The notes under the pieces: generated by a model | Told to the model about the DNA's origin: nothing | The model's input: the letters and a program-made list of their open reading frames with translations, nothing else | Databases searched by the model: none | Shown here: positions 44,817-53,526 of the stretch, piece by piece | How positions within the stretch are numbered: position 1 is the first letter of the stretch | Layout: each line of letters begins with the position of its first letter | Assembly (NCBI GenBank): GCA_009699015.1 | Contig: WLOY01000004.1 | Location: 1-61,832, forward strand | Source: Actinomycetota bacterium | GTDB taxonomy: Bacteria > Actinomycetota > Actinomycetes > S36-B12 | Reading direction: 5' to 3' | Length of the DNA stretch: 61,832 nucleotides | Made by a program: the position numbers and the translations under genes

Positions 44817-44946
44817 TGCCTGCACCGGAGAACGCGACGCAAGAGACGAACGTCACCTTGGCCGTAGGCCAAAAGTGACGTATCCTCAAGGAGAACGAGA
44901 GCAATCGCTCCACCCTGTTACGGCGAACCATCGCACCCGACGCTGA

Positions 44947-45408
44947 ATGAAGGGACTGAGCATCATGAACGCAATCGACGTCATCACCGGCTCAGGCCTC
45001 CTTCCGCTCGTCGAGGTGGGCCTACGCATCGCGCCGACAGCGGCCGCAGCCGAGGGTGCTGCCACCGAGATCTCCCGTTGCCTCGAGCAGGCCCCCTCGG
45101 CTGCAGTTCGGATCGCGGCAGTGGGTCGCGAGGGATCACGGGTCATCGTGACCCTGGCGGTTACCCTCGGCACCGCTGACGAGGTCAAGGCCTGCGCAGC
45201 CCCGGCCCGGGCCGCACTCGAACTCCTCGCCCAGCTCGTCGAGCGGCTCGAGGCCTTCGACCCGGCATTCACCAGCCTGCCGCACGGCTCATCCGTCGAT
45301 GCCCGTATCGCCGCCGAGATCGAGCGACCTGCCCGGCGGGGCGCTGACGAGCACCGCGAAGGTCTCACCCTTGCCAAGGCCGTCATCGCACTTTCCGCCG
45401 TTCACTAG
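44947..45408 (+). CDS. Hypothetical protein (153 aa; start may be ATG 44965)
   Basis: ORF with host-like codons directly upstream of the sigma-like gene. No family recognised. Confidence 0.45.
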   Translation: MKGLSIMNAIDVITGSGLLPLVEVGLRIAPTAAAAEGAATEISRCLEQAPSAAVRIAAVGREGSRVIVTLAVTLGTADEVKACAAPARAALELLAQLVERLEAFDPAFTSLPHGSSVDARIAAEIERPARRGADEHREGLTLAKAVIALSAVH

Positions 45409-45418
45409 CGAGGTCATC

Positions 45419-46540
45419 GTGGACAGCTCGGCAGAGCAGATCATCACCGCGAACAACCGTCTCGGACGAAAAGTCCCGAACATGACCGTCGATGGCATCG
45501 ACGAGTCCGACATCCTCGCGATGGCCCCGCCCCTCGTCTGCGATCGGGTGCACTGGAGCACGTTCGAGGAGTTCGATGCCAAGCGCGTCCTGCCAGACCT
45601 GCCGATGCAGGCCTATTCGCGCGAGTGGAGCGACGGCCAGCATCGCATCTGGGTTCCGGAGGGCCGAGGCTACGAGGCCCGCGAGCTCATCAAGGAGTGG
45701 TGCGTCGCCAACGAGATCGAGGCGCTGAACATGCGGGTGGAGCCGGGCGTGCCCTTCCGCGATGTCGATTCGATTCCCGGTGACCTCATGCAGCGACTCC
45801 TCCTCGAGATCGTCGACTGGCTCCACCCGCGCATTCACGCAGTGCGCCGCCGGATCGTCATCGACTTCGATCTCCTCCAGGACGAGGACCTCCGGCCGAT
45901 GATGTACCTGTTCGTGTCGGACCACATCGACCGCTTCGACGCCGATCGCATCGGCAAGAACGGCACCTTGAACCTGGCGTCCTTCATGCTCGGGAAGATC
46001 CGCAAATGGCCGCAGGATGCTGCGCGGGCCGTGTACGGGCGCAATCTCGTCGATGACCAGATGCACCTCAGCCAGGCGATTGACGAGTCCATGGCGACCG
46101 TGTTCCGCCGGCCCACAGAGGCCGAGCTCGCCTCGCGCATGAAGACCTCGGTCGCTGATCTGCGCAAGCGGGAGCAGTCCGTCGCTGAGTTCACCGGCAT
46201 GCGATTCCACGATGTCATCGTGACCGGCGGTGGCTTCGACGAGGAGGGGGGCGTCGATGCGCCGTCTGACACCGATGTCGAGGCCGATGCCACATCGTTC
46301 GCCGTCGATGCCACCCTCACCCGCGCCATCCTCGACGCGGCCCGTGCCCGCGGATCCGGCCGGTCGAGCCAGGGCTCGGACCCATTGGGCCTCGCTGCGG
46401 TGTACCTGTCCTTCTGGGGGGAGATGAGCCGTCAGGAGGTTGCCACCGCCCTCAACATCCTGCCGAAGACCGCCGGCTCGGCATCGCAGCGGATCATCAA
46501 TGAGATCAGTTCCTCCGGCTCCCTCCAGGCCGAACGGTAG
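45419..46540 (+). CDS. Divergent sigma-70-family-like protein with a ~150-aa N-terminal extension
   Basis: GTG at 45419 follows GAGG. Region-2-like LFVSDHIDRFDADRIGKNGTLNLASFMLGKIRKW. Region-3-like FRRPTEAELASRMKTSVADLRK. Region-4-like LAAVYLSFWGEMSRQEVATALNILPKTAGSASQRIINEI. Confidence 0.5.
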   Translation: MDSSAEQIITANNRLGRKVPNMTVDGIDESDILAMAPPLVCDRVHWSTFEEFDAKRVLPDLPMQAYSREWSDGQHRIWVPEGRGYEARELIKEWCVANEIEALNMRVEPGVPFRDVDSIPGDLMQRLLLEIVDWLHPRIHAVRRRIVIDFDLLQDEDLRPMMYLFVSDHIDRFDADRIGKNGTLNLASFMLGKIRKWPQDAARAVYGRNLVDDQMHLSQAIDESMATVFRRPTEAELASRMKTSVADLRKREQSVAEFTGMRFHDVIVTGGGFDEEGGVDAPSDTDVEADATSFAVDATLTRAILDAARARGSGRSSQGSDPLGLAAVYLSFWGEMSRQEVATALNILPKTAGSASQRIINEISSSGSLQAER

Positions 46541-46546
46541 GGCACA

Positions 46547-47257
46547 GTGATGGTGGATCCCTCCTCGGAGCCCATCCCGTGGGTCTACTCGGACTCACCG
46601 GGGGTACTCATGTGGACGTGGCTCACCGAGCACTTCATCGCCCGGGTCACCGGCACGGAAGTCGACGGGCTCGAGGACCGGAGGATCCGTTCCTACGCAT
46701 GGGACCTCAGTGATCTCATGCGGACGAGTCAGGGCATGCCCCGGCTCCTCATCAATGGGATGTCGGCGTCGTTCGAGGACGCTGATGCGCTCATTCGGGA
46801 GCATGTGGGCAAGTGCTACGACCCACGACTGGGCTATCAGGCCTACGCCGGGAAGCATGCATTCACCTTCGCGCTTGCCAGTGGGATCCAGGCCGATGTC
46901 CGGGACATGATCGGGACCAGGTGCACGGTCACCGTGCTGCTGCCCGATCGCAGTCATGAGGTGGTCGTCGGCGACCTGAGCGTCCACAACTACAAATGGC
47001 GCCTGCGCGATGGCGAGCAGATCCTCGAGGTGACCCCTGAGCACGTGGTGAGCATCGTGAATCGGTCGGCGGCGGCCCAGCGGGCGACAGAGGTGGTCGA
47101 CGCGGTCTCATACAGCGGAATTGGCCGCATCTACCGGTCGGAGCGCACCACGGGGTGCACCGGAACGCCCGGATACATGGTCGGTACCGTCGATCACGCG
47201 GGAGTTTCGCGCTGCCCGGTGCACGAGGCGTCCGTGCGCGAGGATCTGCTCCGATAA
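46547..47257 (+). CDS. Hypothetical protein (236 aa) with a C-terminal Cys/His cluster
   Basis: It starts 6 nt after the sigma-like stop. The C-terminus reads TTGCTGTPGYMVGTVDHAGVSRCPVHE. No family recognised. Confidence 0.5.
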   Translation: MMVDPSSEPIPWVYSDSPGVLMWTWLTEHFIARVTGTEVDGLEDRRIRSYAWDLSDLMRTSQGMPRLLINGMSASFEDADALIREHVGKCYDPRLGYQAYAGKHAFTFALASGIQADVRDMIGTRCTVTVLLPDRSHEVVVGDLSVHNYKWRLRDGEQILEVTPEHVVSIVNRSAAAQRATEVVDAVSYSGIGRIYRSERTTGCTGTPGYMVGTVDHAGVSRCPVHEASVREDLLR

Positions 47258-47264
47258 TTCACCT

Positions 47265-48035
47265 ATGGATGCCAGCAGGATCGACCGGGAGCTTCACGCA
47301 CGTTCCGACGCCGGATGGACGGGCCGACTGATGGTGAGCACCCGGGCCGGGCACGAGATCGGCGACCTGTTCCTGTTCGAGGGCGACCTCTATTCGGTTC
47401 AGCTCCGCCATCACCGGCCGCGGCTGTTCGCGAGGCTCGTTTCGGGAGGGATCATCGATGAAGGTCGAGAGCGCGAGATCGACGCGCTCGTCGATCCGGA
47501 GGCACGCGATGCGGCGGTGGGCCGCTACGCCATCGAGCACGACTGGCTGTCTGTCGAGCGGTTGGCCGAGTTCCACAGCGAGTACCTGCTCGCTGGCCTC
47601 AGCGGCCTACGGAGTCTGGACGGGGTGAAGGTCGTCGAGGAGAGGGGTGCCACCACGAATGTGCGGTGCGCGCTGCCGTCGCCCACGGCCGACGTCATCG
47701 CGAGCGTCGACCTGCGCACGGGCCGGTCGCGCGATGTCTGGACGGGGGTGGGGGCTGCCTTCGGCCCGCGGGAGACCGTCCTGTCGTGGTGCGGTGACCG
47801 GACGGTGGCGCCGTTCGTTGCCCCGGAGCTCGCGGCGTTTGCCGCCGAAGTCGATGCCATTCGATCCGTCGACGAGCTCGCGGATGCCTGCGGGTTCACG
47901 AGGGCCGAGGCCGAGTTCCTCACGGCCGCCCTCGTCAACGAGGGGCTCGTTGAAGTGTCAGGGTCCAAAACGCTGCCGGCCGAGGCCTGCCTCGTGCCTG
48001 AGGACGCTGGCCGCGCCGGATCGGCGGCCGCGTGA
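47265..48035 (+). CDS. DUF4388/PATAN-like domain protein (paralog of 56340..57308)
   Basis: ATG 47265. WTGRLMV...LFLFEGDLYSVQL..., WLSVERLAEFHSEYLLAGL and RSVDELADACGFTRAEAEF are all shared with the 56340 ORF. Confidence 0.6.
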   Translation: MDASRIDRELHARSDAGWTGRLMVSTRAGHEIGDLFLFEGDLYSVQLRHHRPRLFARLVSGGIIDEGREREIDALVDPEARDAAVGRYAIEHDWLSVERLAEFHSEYLLAGLSGLRSLDGVKVVEERGATTNVRCALPSPTADVIASVDLRTGRSRDVWTGVGAAFGPRETVLSWCGDRTVAPFVAPELAAFAAEVDAIRSVDELADACGFTRAEAEFLTAALVNEGLVEVSGSKTLPAEACLVPEDAGRAGSAAA

Positions 48036-48862
48036 CGGACCCGCTCGCCTGGCTCGTCGTCGTCGGCCTCGGGGCCATGGGCCTCATCGTCGGGTCTTTC
48101 CTCAACGTCGTCATCGCGAGGGTCCCGGCTGGGGCATCGATCGTTCGGCCGCGTTCATCGTGCCCTGCGTGCGGAGCGTTCATCGAGTCGCGCGACAACA
48201 TCCCCCTCGTCTCGTGGCTCCTGCTCCGCGGGCGATGCCGGCATTGCCATGCGCCGATCTCGATCCGCTACCCGCTCGTCGAAATGCTCACCGGAGTCCT
48301 GTGGGCCCTCATGGGCCTGTGGTCGCTCGGCCAGCCTGGAACGGACATCTCACCGCTCCTGCCTACCCTGCTCGTGGTCGTGAGCGCTGGGGTGGCGCTG
48401 GTCTTCATCGACCTCGACTGCCACCGGCTGCCCGACTCGATCGTGCTGCCCCTGTGGCCGGTCGCCGTCGTGGGCCTGATCTTCGCCGGGGTCATGTCCG
48501 GCGAATGGCCCATTGGCCGGGCGCTCGCTTCGGCGGGCCTATGGGTCCTGGTCATCGGCGGCATCTGGCTTGCGACCGGCGGGCGAGGAATGGGCTTCGG
48601 CGATGTCAAGCTTGCGCCCGTCCTCGGGCTCATCCTCGGATGGATCGGCTGGGGACCGGCAGCGGTCGGACTCGCGTCCGCATGGTTCATCGGCGGCGGG
48701 GTCGCGCTCGTCCTCCTCATCGCAGGACGGGCTCGTCGGCGGCAGGCGATTCCCTTCGGCCCCTTCCTCGTCATCGGCTTCATCCTGGGCGTCCTCGCCG
48801 GAACCATGCTCCTGGACGCCTACCTCAGCGGCACCGGGCTGTCGGCCATCGGAGGGGCCTGA
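48032..48862 (+). CDS. pilD: Prepilin peptidase (A24 family)
   Basis: GTGA overlap with the previous gene. N-terminal zinc-binding CPAC..CRHC, a polytopic membrane region and GRGMGFGDVKL (aspartyl protease motif). Confidence 0.9.
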   Translation: MTDPLAWLVVVGLGAMGLIVGSFLNVVIARVPAGASIVRPRSSCPACGAFIESRDNIPLVSWLLLRGRCRHCHAPISIRYPLVEMLTGVLWALMGLWSLGQPGTDISPLLPTLLVVVSAGVALVFIDLDCHRLPDSIVLPLWPVAVVGLIFAGVMSGEWPIGRALASAGLWVLVIGGIWLATGGRGMGFGDVKLAPVLGLILGWIGWGPAAVGLASAWFIGGGVALVLLIAGRARRRQAIPFGPFLVIGFILGVLAGTMLLDAYLSGTGLSAIGGA

Positions 48863-49019
48863 TGCGACCCGCCATGAGCCCCTCGGCAGTCGTGATTCCA
48901 CGTTCAGCCGTGATCACCTGCCCGATGTCCTTGTCATCCGGGCGCACCCATCCGATACTCAAGGTGTTGGGCACGCACGCCAGCGCCGCAAGCCGCTGCC
49001 AGAGCACGAAGGGACCCTC

Positions 49020-49436
49020 ATGAGGGCATGGATCGAGGCCGATGACTCAGGTCGTCAGTTCCTCAGCCGTGCCGGCGAGGGGGCCGTGGTGTCGGTCAGC
49101 CCAGTGGGCGTGGTGGGCCCCGGCGACGTCCACAGTTTCCACCTCGTCGAACTCGACTGCGAGCAGGCGATCACGGCGGTCCGGGTCCGGGTCCGTGCGC
49201 AGGTCGCCACTGAGGATCCGCTCTTCGACCTCGCGCGCGCCGCATTCACCGGCGGCCAAGCGATGGTGTGGGCCATCCAGTGGCATCGCCATGAGTGGGT
49301 GCCCGCAGGGCTGCCCATCACCTCCCTCGACCTCGCGACCGACGCCGTCGGGCGCCTCGTCGAACTGCGACCTGCTGATGCCATGACCGGGGTGCCCGAG
49401 CATGTGCCGGCTTCCTGGGGGAGGCTGGGGTCATGA
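49020..49436 (+). CDS. Hypothetical protein (138 aa)
   Basis: SD GAAGGGA 8 nt before ATG 49020. ATGA overlap with the next ORF. The remainder of the 48513 ORF is out-of-frame overlap with pilD. Confidence 0.5.
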   Translation: MRAWIEADDSGRQFLSRAGEGAVVSVSPVGVVGPGDVHSFHLVELDCEQAITAVRVRVRAQVATEDPLFDLARAAFTGGQAMVWAIQWHRHEWVPAGLPITSLDLATDAVGRLVELRPADAMTGVPEHVPASWGRLGS

Positions 49437-49897
49437 ACGTCGATCCGGATGGCATTGCCTTCTTCACTGAAGGGTCGAATGCGACTGAGCCGTCCGCCGG
49501 ATCTGTCTTCGGGGCAATGCCGGAGGGTCATCTTGAGCGCATGCTCAACCTCGAAGGCTCAGAGGAGGTCGGCTCCAGATTCCTGCCGGACTCAGTCGAT
49601 GCGAGCAGGCCGCGCGACGCATCGCAGCATGTGGTCGCCGTCCCGGACCATCCGATCAGCCTGCATCCCGCCCTCACGAGGGGCACGCCGGAGTGGCGCC
49701 TTGATTTCGTCCTCAACGGGCCAGCGTCAGCTGACCCGGTTTCGCCGACCCCTGCCACGGATCCCCGGGGCTCGCCGGTACGTCGACTTCGCCTGATATC
49801 CGGCTATCGAGGAACGCCAGAGGGTGATCGACGGCAGAATTCAGCCTCAGCGGCACACGCCGTCCCCACGGCTTCAGGCGGCGAGGAAGAGTCATGA
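49433..49897 (+). CDS. Hypothetical protein (154 aa)
   Basis: Translationally coupled on both sides by ATGA overlaps. No family recognised. Confidence 0.45.
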   Translation: MNVDPDGIAFFTEGSNATEPSAGSVFGAMPEGHLERMLNLEGSEEVGSRFLPDSVDASRPRDASQHVVAVPDHPISLHPALTRGTPEWRLDFVLNGPASADPVSPTPATDPRGSPVRRLRLISGYRGTPEGDRRQNSASAAHAVPTASGGEEES

Positions 49898-51462
49898 GCG
49901 AGCACGGCATCAATCTGCCAGGAGTCATCGTGGTGGCAGAGCCGGGAATCCATGACCTCCTGAACTCCTCAGGCGTCCCGTGGCTCGTGCAAGAACGGCA
50001 GGATTCGGTGGCCGCCATGTGGGCGGGCCTTTCCGGTGGACACCTCAGTGCCAACTCGCGCATCCTGGTGTTCACCGATCCGGGAGCGGGCGGAGACCGT
50101 GCCGAAACGGCCCGGGCAATTGTCGCGATGTCGGCGGCCGGTGCGCATGTCTTCGTCGCGTCGTGGGACCAGGCCCAGATCGGGGCCCTCTCGGTGGCGA
50201 TCGATGAGGCGACAGCGGCACAAGGGCTCCAGCGAGGCTCCCTGCGCTATCACGTGCTCACGACTGAACTCGGCGGTCGTGCCCTGCTCGAGGGCATGCG
50301 CACCCCGCTGAACTCGGAGGTCGTCTTCCCCACGGAGTTCCCGGCGACCGTCGACCGTGCGCTCTTGCGCGAACCCTCGCCGATGTCGCTCTCGTCATTC
50401 GCGGCGCTGCCGCCCCTCACAACCGCGGCTGCCACGCCGGCCCTACCGCCACTCGGGATAGGCCAGCCGTCTGGCGGTGGGGCGAGCGCGGCATCTGGGG
50501 CCTGCGAGGAGTTGCTCGCGCGCCCTGCGATCCCCGGTCAGGTGACCATCACCGTGACATCGAGCAAGGGCGGCTCCGGCAAGTCGACCGCGTCCCTCCT
50601 GCTCGCAGCGTCGATTGCCCGCTCGTCTCGGCTCGGTGGCCGGCCGTTGAGCGTGTGCCTCGTCGACATGGACACCCGAGACGGCCAGATCGCTTCGCTC
50701 ATCGGCAAGTACATGCCGACAGCGCTCAACATTCGAGTGCAGCCGGTGTGGGACGAGCTGACCATCCGGCGGCACCTCGTCCACGAGCCCGAACTCGGCA
50801 TCGACGCACTCCTCGCGCCGATCCGGCCGCGCACCGCGGATACCGTCGGCCCGGACTTCTACCGGACGATGATCCGAAGCCTGCAGCGCATGTACGACGT
50901 CGTCGTCATGGATACGAGTGTGCAGTACCTCGATCCTCTCATCGCGAAGGTCTGCCTGCCGGAGGCGACCGAGGTCCTCTTCATCACGACCCTCGCGTCG
51001 ACCGCTGTCCAGGGGATGGCGAGGGCCCTGCGCGAGATCACCGCACCGCTCGAGGAGTCCGGGCTCGGCATCCAGCGCGACAAGATCGGGATCATCGTCA
51101 ACCAATCGCTGGCAGGGGTCGGGATGCAGCGGGAGCAGATCCTCGCGGCTGGTCTCGGCGTGCCCGTAGTCGGGGTCATCCCGCTGGCGACGAAGGACGT
51201 CCTCACGGCCACCAACCTGCACCGCATGCACACCCTCCTCGACCACGAACTCATCGGCCCGGCATACAACGACCTCGCCCGAACGTGCATCCCGGGAAGG
51301 GGGCTGGCCGAGTTCTCCGTCGCTGATGCGACCGCGGATCCCGCGGGTCCGGTTCCTGGCGTCGTGATCGAGCTCCCGGTGTCCCATGATCAGCCAGGGG
51401 CGGCAGACAACGGGAATGGTGCTCAGGGCGAGAAGAAGAAGGGCATGTTCCGTCGAGCATGA
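49894..51462 (+). CDS. ParA/MinD-family ATPase with an N-terminal pseudo-receiver-like domain (TadZ/CpaE/Ssd-like)
   Basis: Deviant Walker A VTSSKGGSGKSTAS, then LVDMDTRDGQ and VVVMDTS. The ~200-aa N-terminal domain lacks obvious phospho-acceptor motifs. Confidence 0.75.
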   Translation: MSEHGINLPGVIVVAEPGIHDLLNSSGVPWLVQERQDSVAAMWAGLSGGHLSANSRILVFTDPGAGGDRAETARAIVAMSAAGAHVFVASWDQAQIGALSVAIDEATAAQGLQRGSLRYHVLTTELGGRALLEGMRTPLNSEVVFPTEFPATVDRALLREPSPMSLSSFAALPPLTTAAATPALPPLGIGQPSGGGASAASGACEELLARPAIPGQVTITVTSSKGGSGKSTASLLLAASIARSSRLGGRPLSVCLVDMDTRDGQIASLIGKYMPTALNIRVQPVWDELTIRRHLVHEPELGIDALLAPIRPRTADTVGPDFYRTMIRSLQRMYDVVVMDTSVQYLDPLIAKVCLPEATEVLFITTLASTAVQGMARALREITAPLEESGLGIQRDKIGIIVNQSLAGVGMQREQILAAGLGVPVVGVIPLATKDVLTATNLHRMHTLLDHELIGPAYNDLARTCIPGRGLAEFSVADATADPAGPVPGVVIELPVSHDQPGAADNGNGAQGEKKKGMFRRA

Positions 51463-51971
51463 CGACGCTAGGGCAATCGAGCATGTTTGGAGGCAGTCGG
51501 ATGGTCATCGAGGATGGTCACGAGGAGTCGGATGCCACCTTGGTCGAGGCATTGGTCCTCGAGGGCCTGCGCACCGCCGCATTCGGGATGTTCGCGCTTG
51601 AGCAGGCGCTGCCGCTCGGTGACCTTCGACCGCTCACGGCGGGCGTGCCGCTGAGAGCCCAGGGGTCTCGGTCCCCGGAGTGGTTCTCCGCGGCCGCGAG
51701 CGAGCATGCGAGCCTTCTCGACACCGCACCCGAACTCGTCGCCCTTGATACGAGGGATACCGGGTCCCACGCTGATCCTCAGATTCGCGCAGACGCAGAC
51801 ATCATCGGCATCTACGCGCCGGAGGCCCCTGCCTACTTCAGGCCGCTGATCGGCGGAGTCGAGATCGAACTTGAGCCCGAGGTCCTTGAAGCCGCGAGCG
51901 AGGCAGGACTCACTCCCCGGACCTCGGTGCAGTTCGGGCTGCTGAGGGAACTGTCCGACCTCGACTCCTGA
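51459..51971 (+). CDS. Hypothetical protein (170 aa)
   Basis: ATGA overlap with the ParA-like gene. No family recognised. Confidence 0.45.
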   Translation: MTTLGQSSMFGGSRMVIEDGHEESDATLVEALVLEGLRTAAFGMFALEQALPLGDLRPLTAGVPLRAQGSRSPEWFSAAASEHASLLDTAPELVALDTRDTGSHADPQIRADADIIGIYAPEAPAYFRPLIGGVEIELEPEVLEAASEAGLTPRTSVQFGLLRELSDLDS

Positions 51972-52140
51972 CGCGCGAGGTTGTCAGGCCGGCCGGAACG
52001 AGTCGTTGGCCCCATTTGCTGACCGACGCCGATCTGAGGGCTCGGATGGCAGCGAACGGCGAGGCCATCCGGTCGCGCGACGGATTACGAGTCGGCGCTG
52101 ATGCCATCGAGCGCGTTGCCGAGGCGCACGCTGCCCGGAC

Positions 52141-53526
52141 GTGACCTGGGGCCGCGAGCTCGTCGAACCGCTCCTTCTTCGAACGGAACCGGCAGCCCTG
52201 CTCCCGGCTCGTCGGTCGCAGGAGGCTGCGCGAATCGAGCGACCGCTCGACCTGATCGCTTGCGTTCGGCTGGACGACTCTCGCGCAGACCTTTGGTACG
52301 CCATCGTGCGCGATGCGCGGGGCGTGTCATACGGAGTGCCATGCATTGTTTCGGGCAAGGCCCTTCGGCGTGCCATCCCGGGCGATGGCGCTGCGGAGGC
52401 GCTGCTGGGCCTGCTCGGACGAGGCAGCCAAGGCACGCCCGGTGAAGGCTCGCGGGATGGCCACGTCGGCGTCATCCGTTGGCACGCGGAGCCATGCGCA
52501 GGCGAGCGGGGATTCGATGTCGATCAGACGAATGAGCTCGTCGTCGTCGGTGAACGCGCCGTCGTGAAGTGGCTGCTGCACCCGACGGCGGAGGAGCAGC
52601 CTGCTCCAAGGAGGCTTGCGGCACTGGCTGAGGCGTCCTTTGCCGGAACGCCGAGGCCCTGGGGACTGGTGAGCATCGAAGATGGGCGGGCCGACGTCCT
52701 CATCGCGACCGTCATCGACTACGTCGCCGATGCCCAGGATGGCTGGGAGTGGGCTGTCGAGGATGTGCGCAGTCTTGCCCTCGGTGAGACCGACGAGGCG
52801 AATGCCCTCAGGTCGATGCCGGTGATCGGCAGGCTCGTCGCGGGGATGCACCTCGCATTCGCGGCCGCGGGCAGGTCGATCGCGACCGACGATGAGGCGG
52901 AGGACTGGTTGGTCGAGGCAGCAGCGGATCTTCGGGACGCCAGCCTCGCGGCACCGACGGCAGGGCTCGTCGAGCAGGAACTGGCGCTCGTCACCGGGTT
53001 CGTCGGCACGACCATCATCGACATCCACGGCGACCTCCACATCGGGCAGGTGCTGAGGACGTCGCCTGGCGATGACCTGTCGATCATCGACTTCGATGGA
53101 AGCCCGACGCGATCCCCCGAGCAGCGGCTGGCCCGGCAGCCGGCCGCTCGCGACGTCGCCGGAATGCTGGCCTCCCTCGATCACGTGGGCCGGGTCGTCC
53201 TCCATCGAACCGAGGGCCTCGACGATGAGCAGCGAGGCAGGGTCCACGATTGGATTGCGGCGGCGCAGCGGGGCTTCCTCGATGCCTACCTGTCCCGGCT
53301 CGCGGAAGCTGGCGAGGAGTCGCTGCTCGACGCCCGGCTGGTCCGACCCTTTCAGCTGCAGCAGGAGTGCCGCGAGTTCATCTACGCCGCGAGGTACCTG
53401 CCCCACTGGCGGTATGTTCCCGAGGGGGCCCTCGCCGCCCTGCTCAAGAGCCAATCCGAGAGCCCGTCCAGCCACCAGCAGGTCGAGGATCATGAGTCCA
53501 TGAACCACGATGAGGGAGCCCCATGA
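52141..53526 (+). CDS. Maltokinase-like / aminoglycoside-phosphotransferase-fold kinase
   Basis: DQTNELVVVGERAVVKW, IIDIHGDLHIGQVL, IIDFDGSP and ARDVAGMLASLDHV resemble Mak/Pep2. GTG start; the start is uncertain. Confidence 0.65.
   Translation: MTWGRELVEPLLLRTEPAALLPARRSQEAARIERPLDLIACVRLDDSRADLWYAIVRDARGVSYGVPCIVSGKALRRAIPGDGAAEALLGLLGRGSQGTPGEGSRDGHVGVIRWHAEPCAGERGFDVDQTNELVVVGERAVVKWLLHPTAEEQPAPRRLAALAEASFAGTPRPWGLVSIEDGRADVLIATVIDYVADAQDGWEWAVEDVRSLALGETDEANALRSMPVIGRLVAGMHLAFAAAGRSIATDDEAEDWLVEAAADLRDASLAAPTAGLVEQELALVTGFVGTTIIDIHGDLHIGQVLRTSPGDDLSIIDFDGSPTRSPEQRLARQPAARDVAGMLASLDHVGRVVLHRTEGLDDEQRGRVHDWIAAAQRGFLDAYLSRLAEAGEESLLDARLVRPFQLQQECREFIYAARYLPHWRYVPEGALAALLKSQSESPSSHQQVEDHESMNHDEGAP

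Noticed and set aside
44889-44946. Second AGGAGAACGA ribosome-binding-like element as the start of an unannotated small gene or a second pilin gene.
   Set aside because: No ATG/GTG/TTG follows within a usable distance, and the downstream frame quickly hits TGA (44944-44946).
47647-49023. 458-aa plus-strand ORF spanning the PATAN-like gene end, pilD and the following gap.
   Set aside because: It is extremely Arg/Pro-rich. It is out of frame with pilD, which has the CPAC..CRHC and GFGDVKL motifs.
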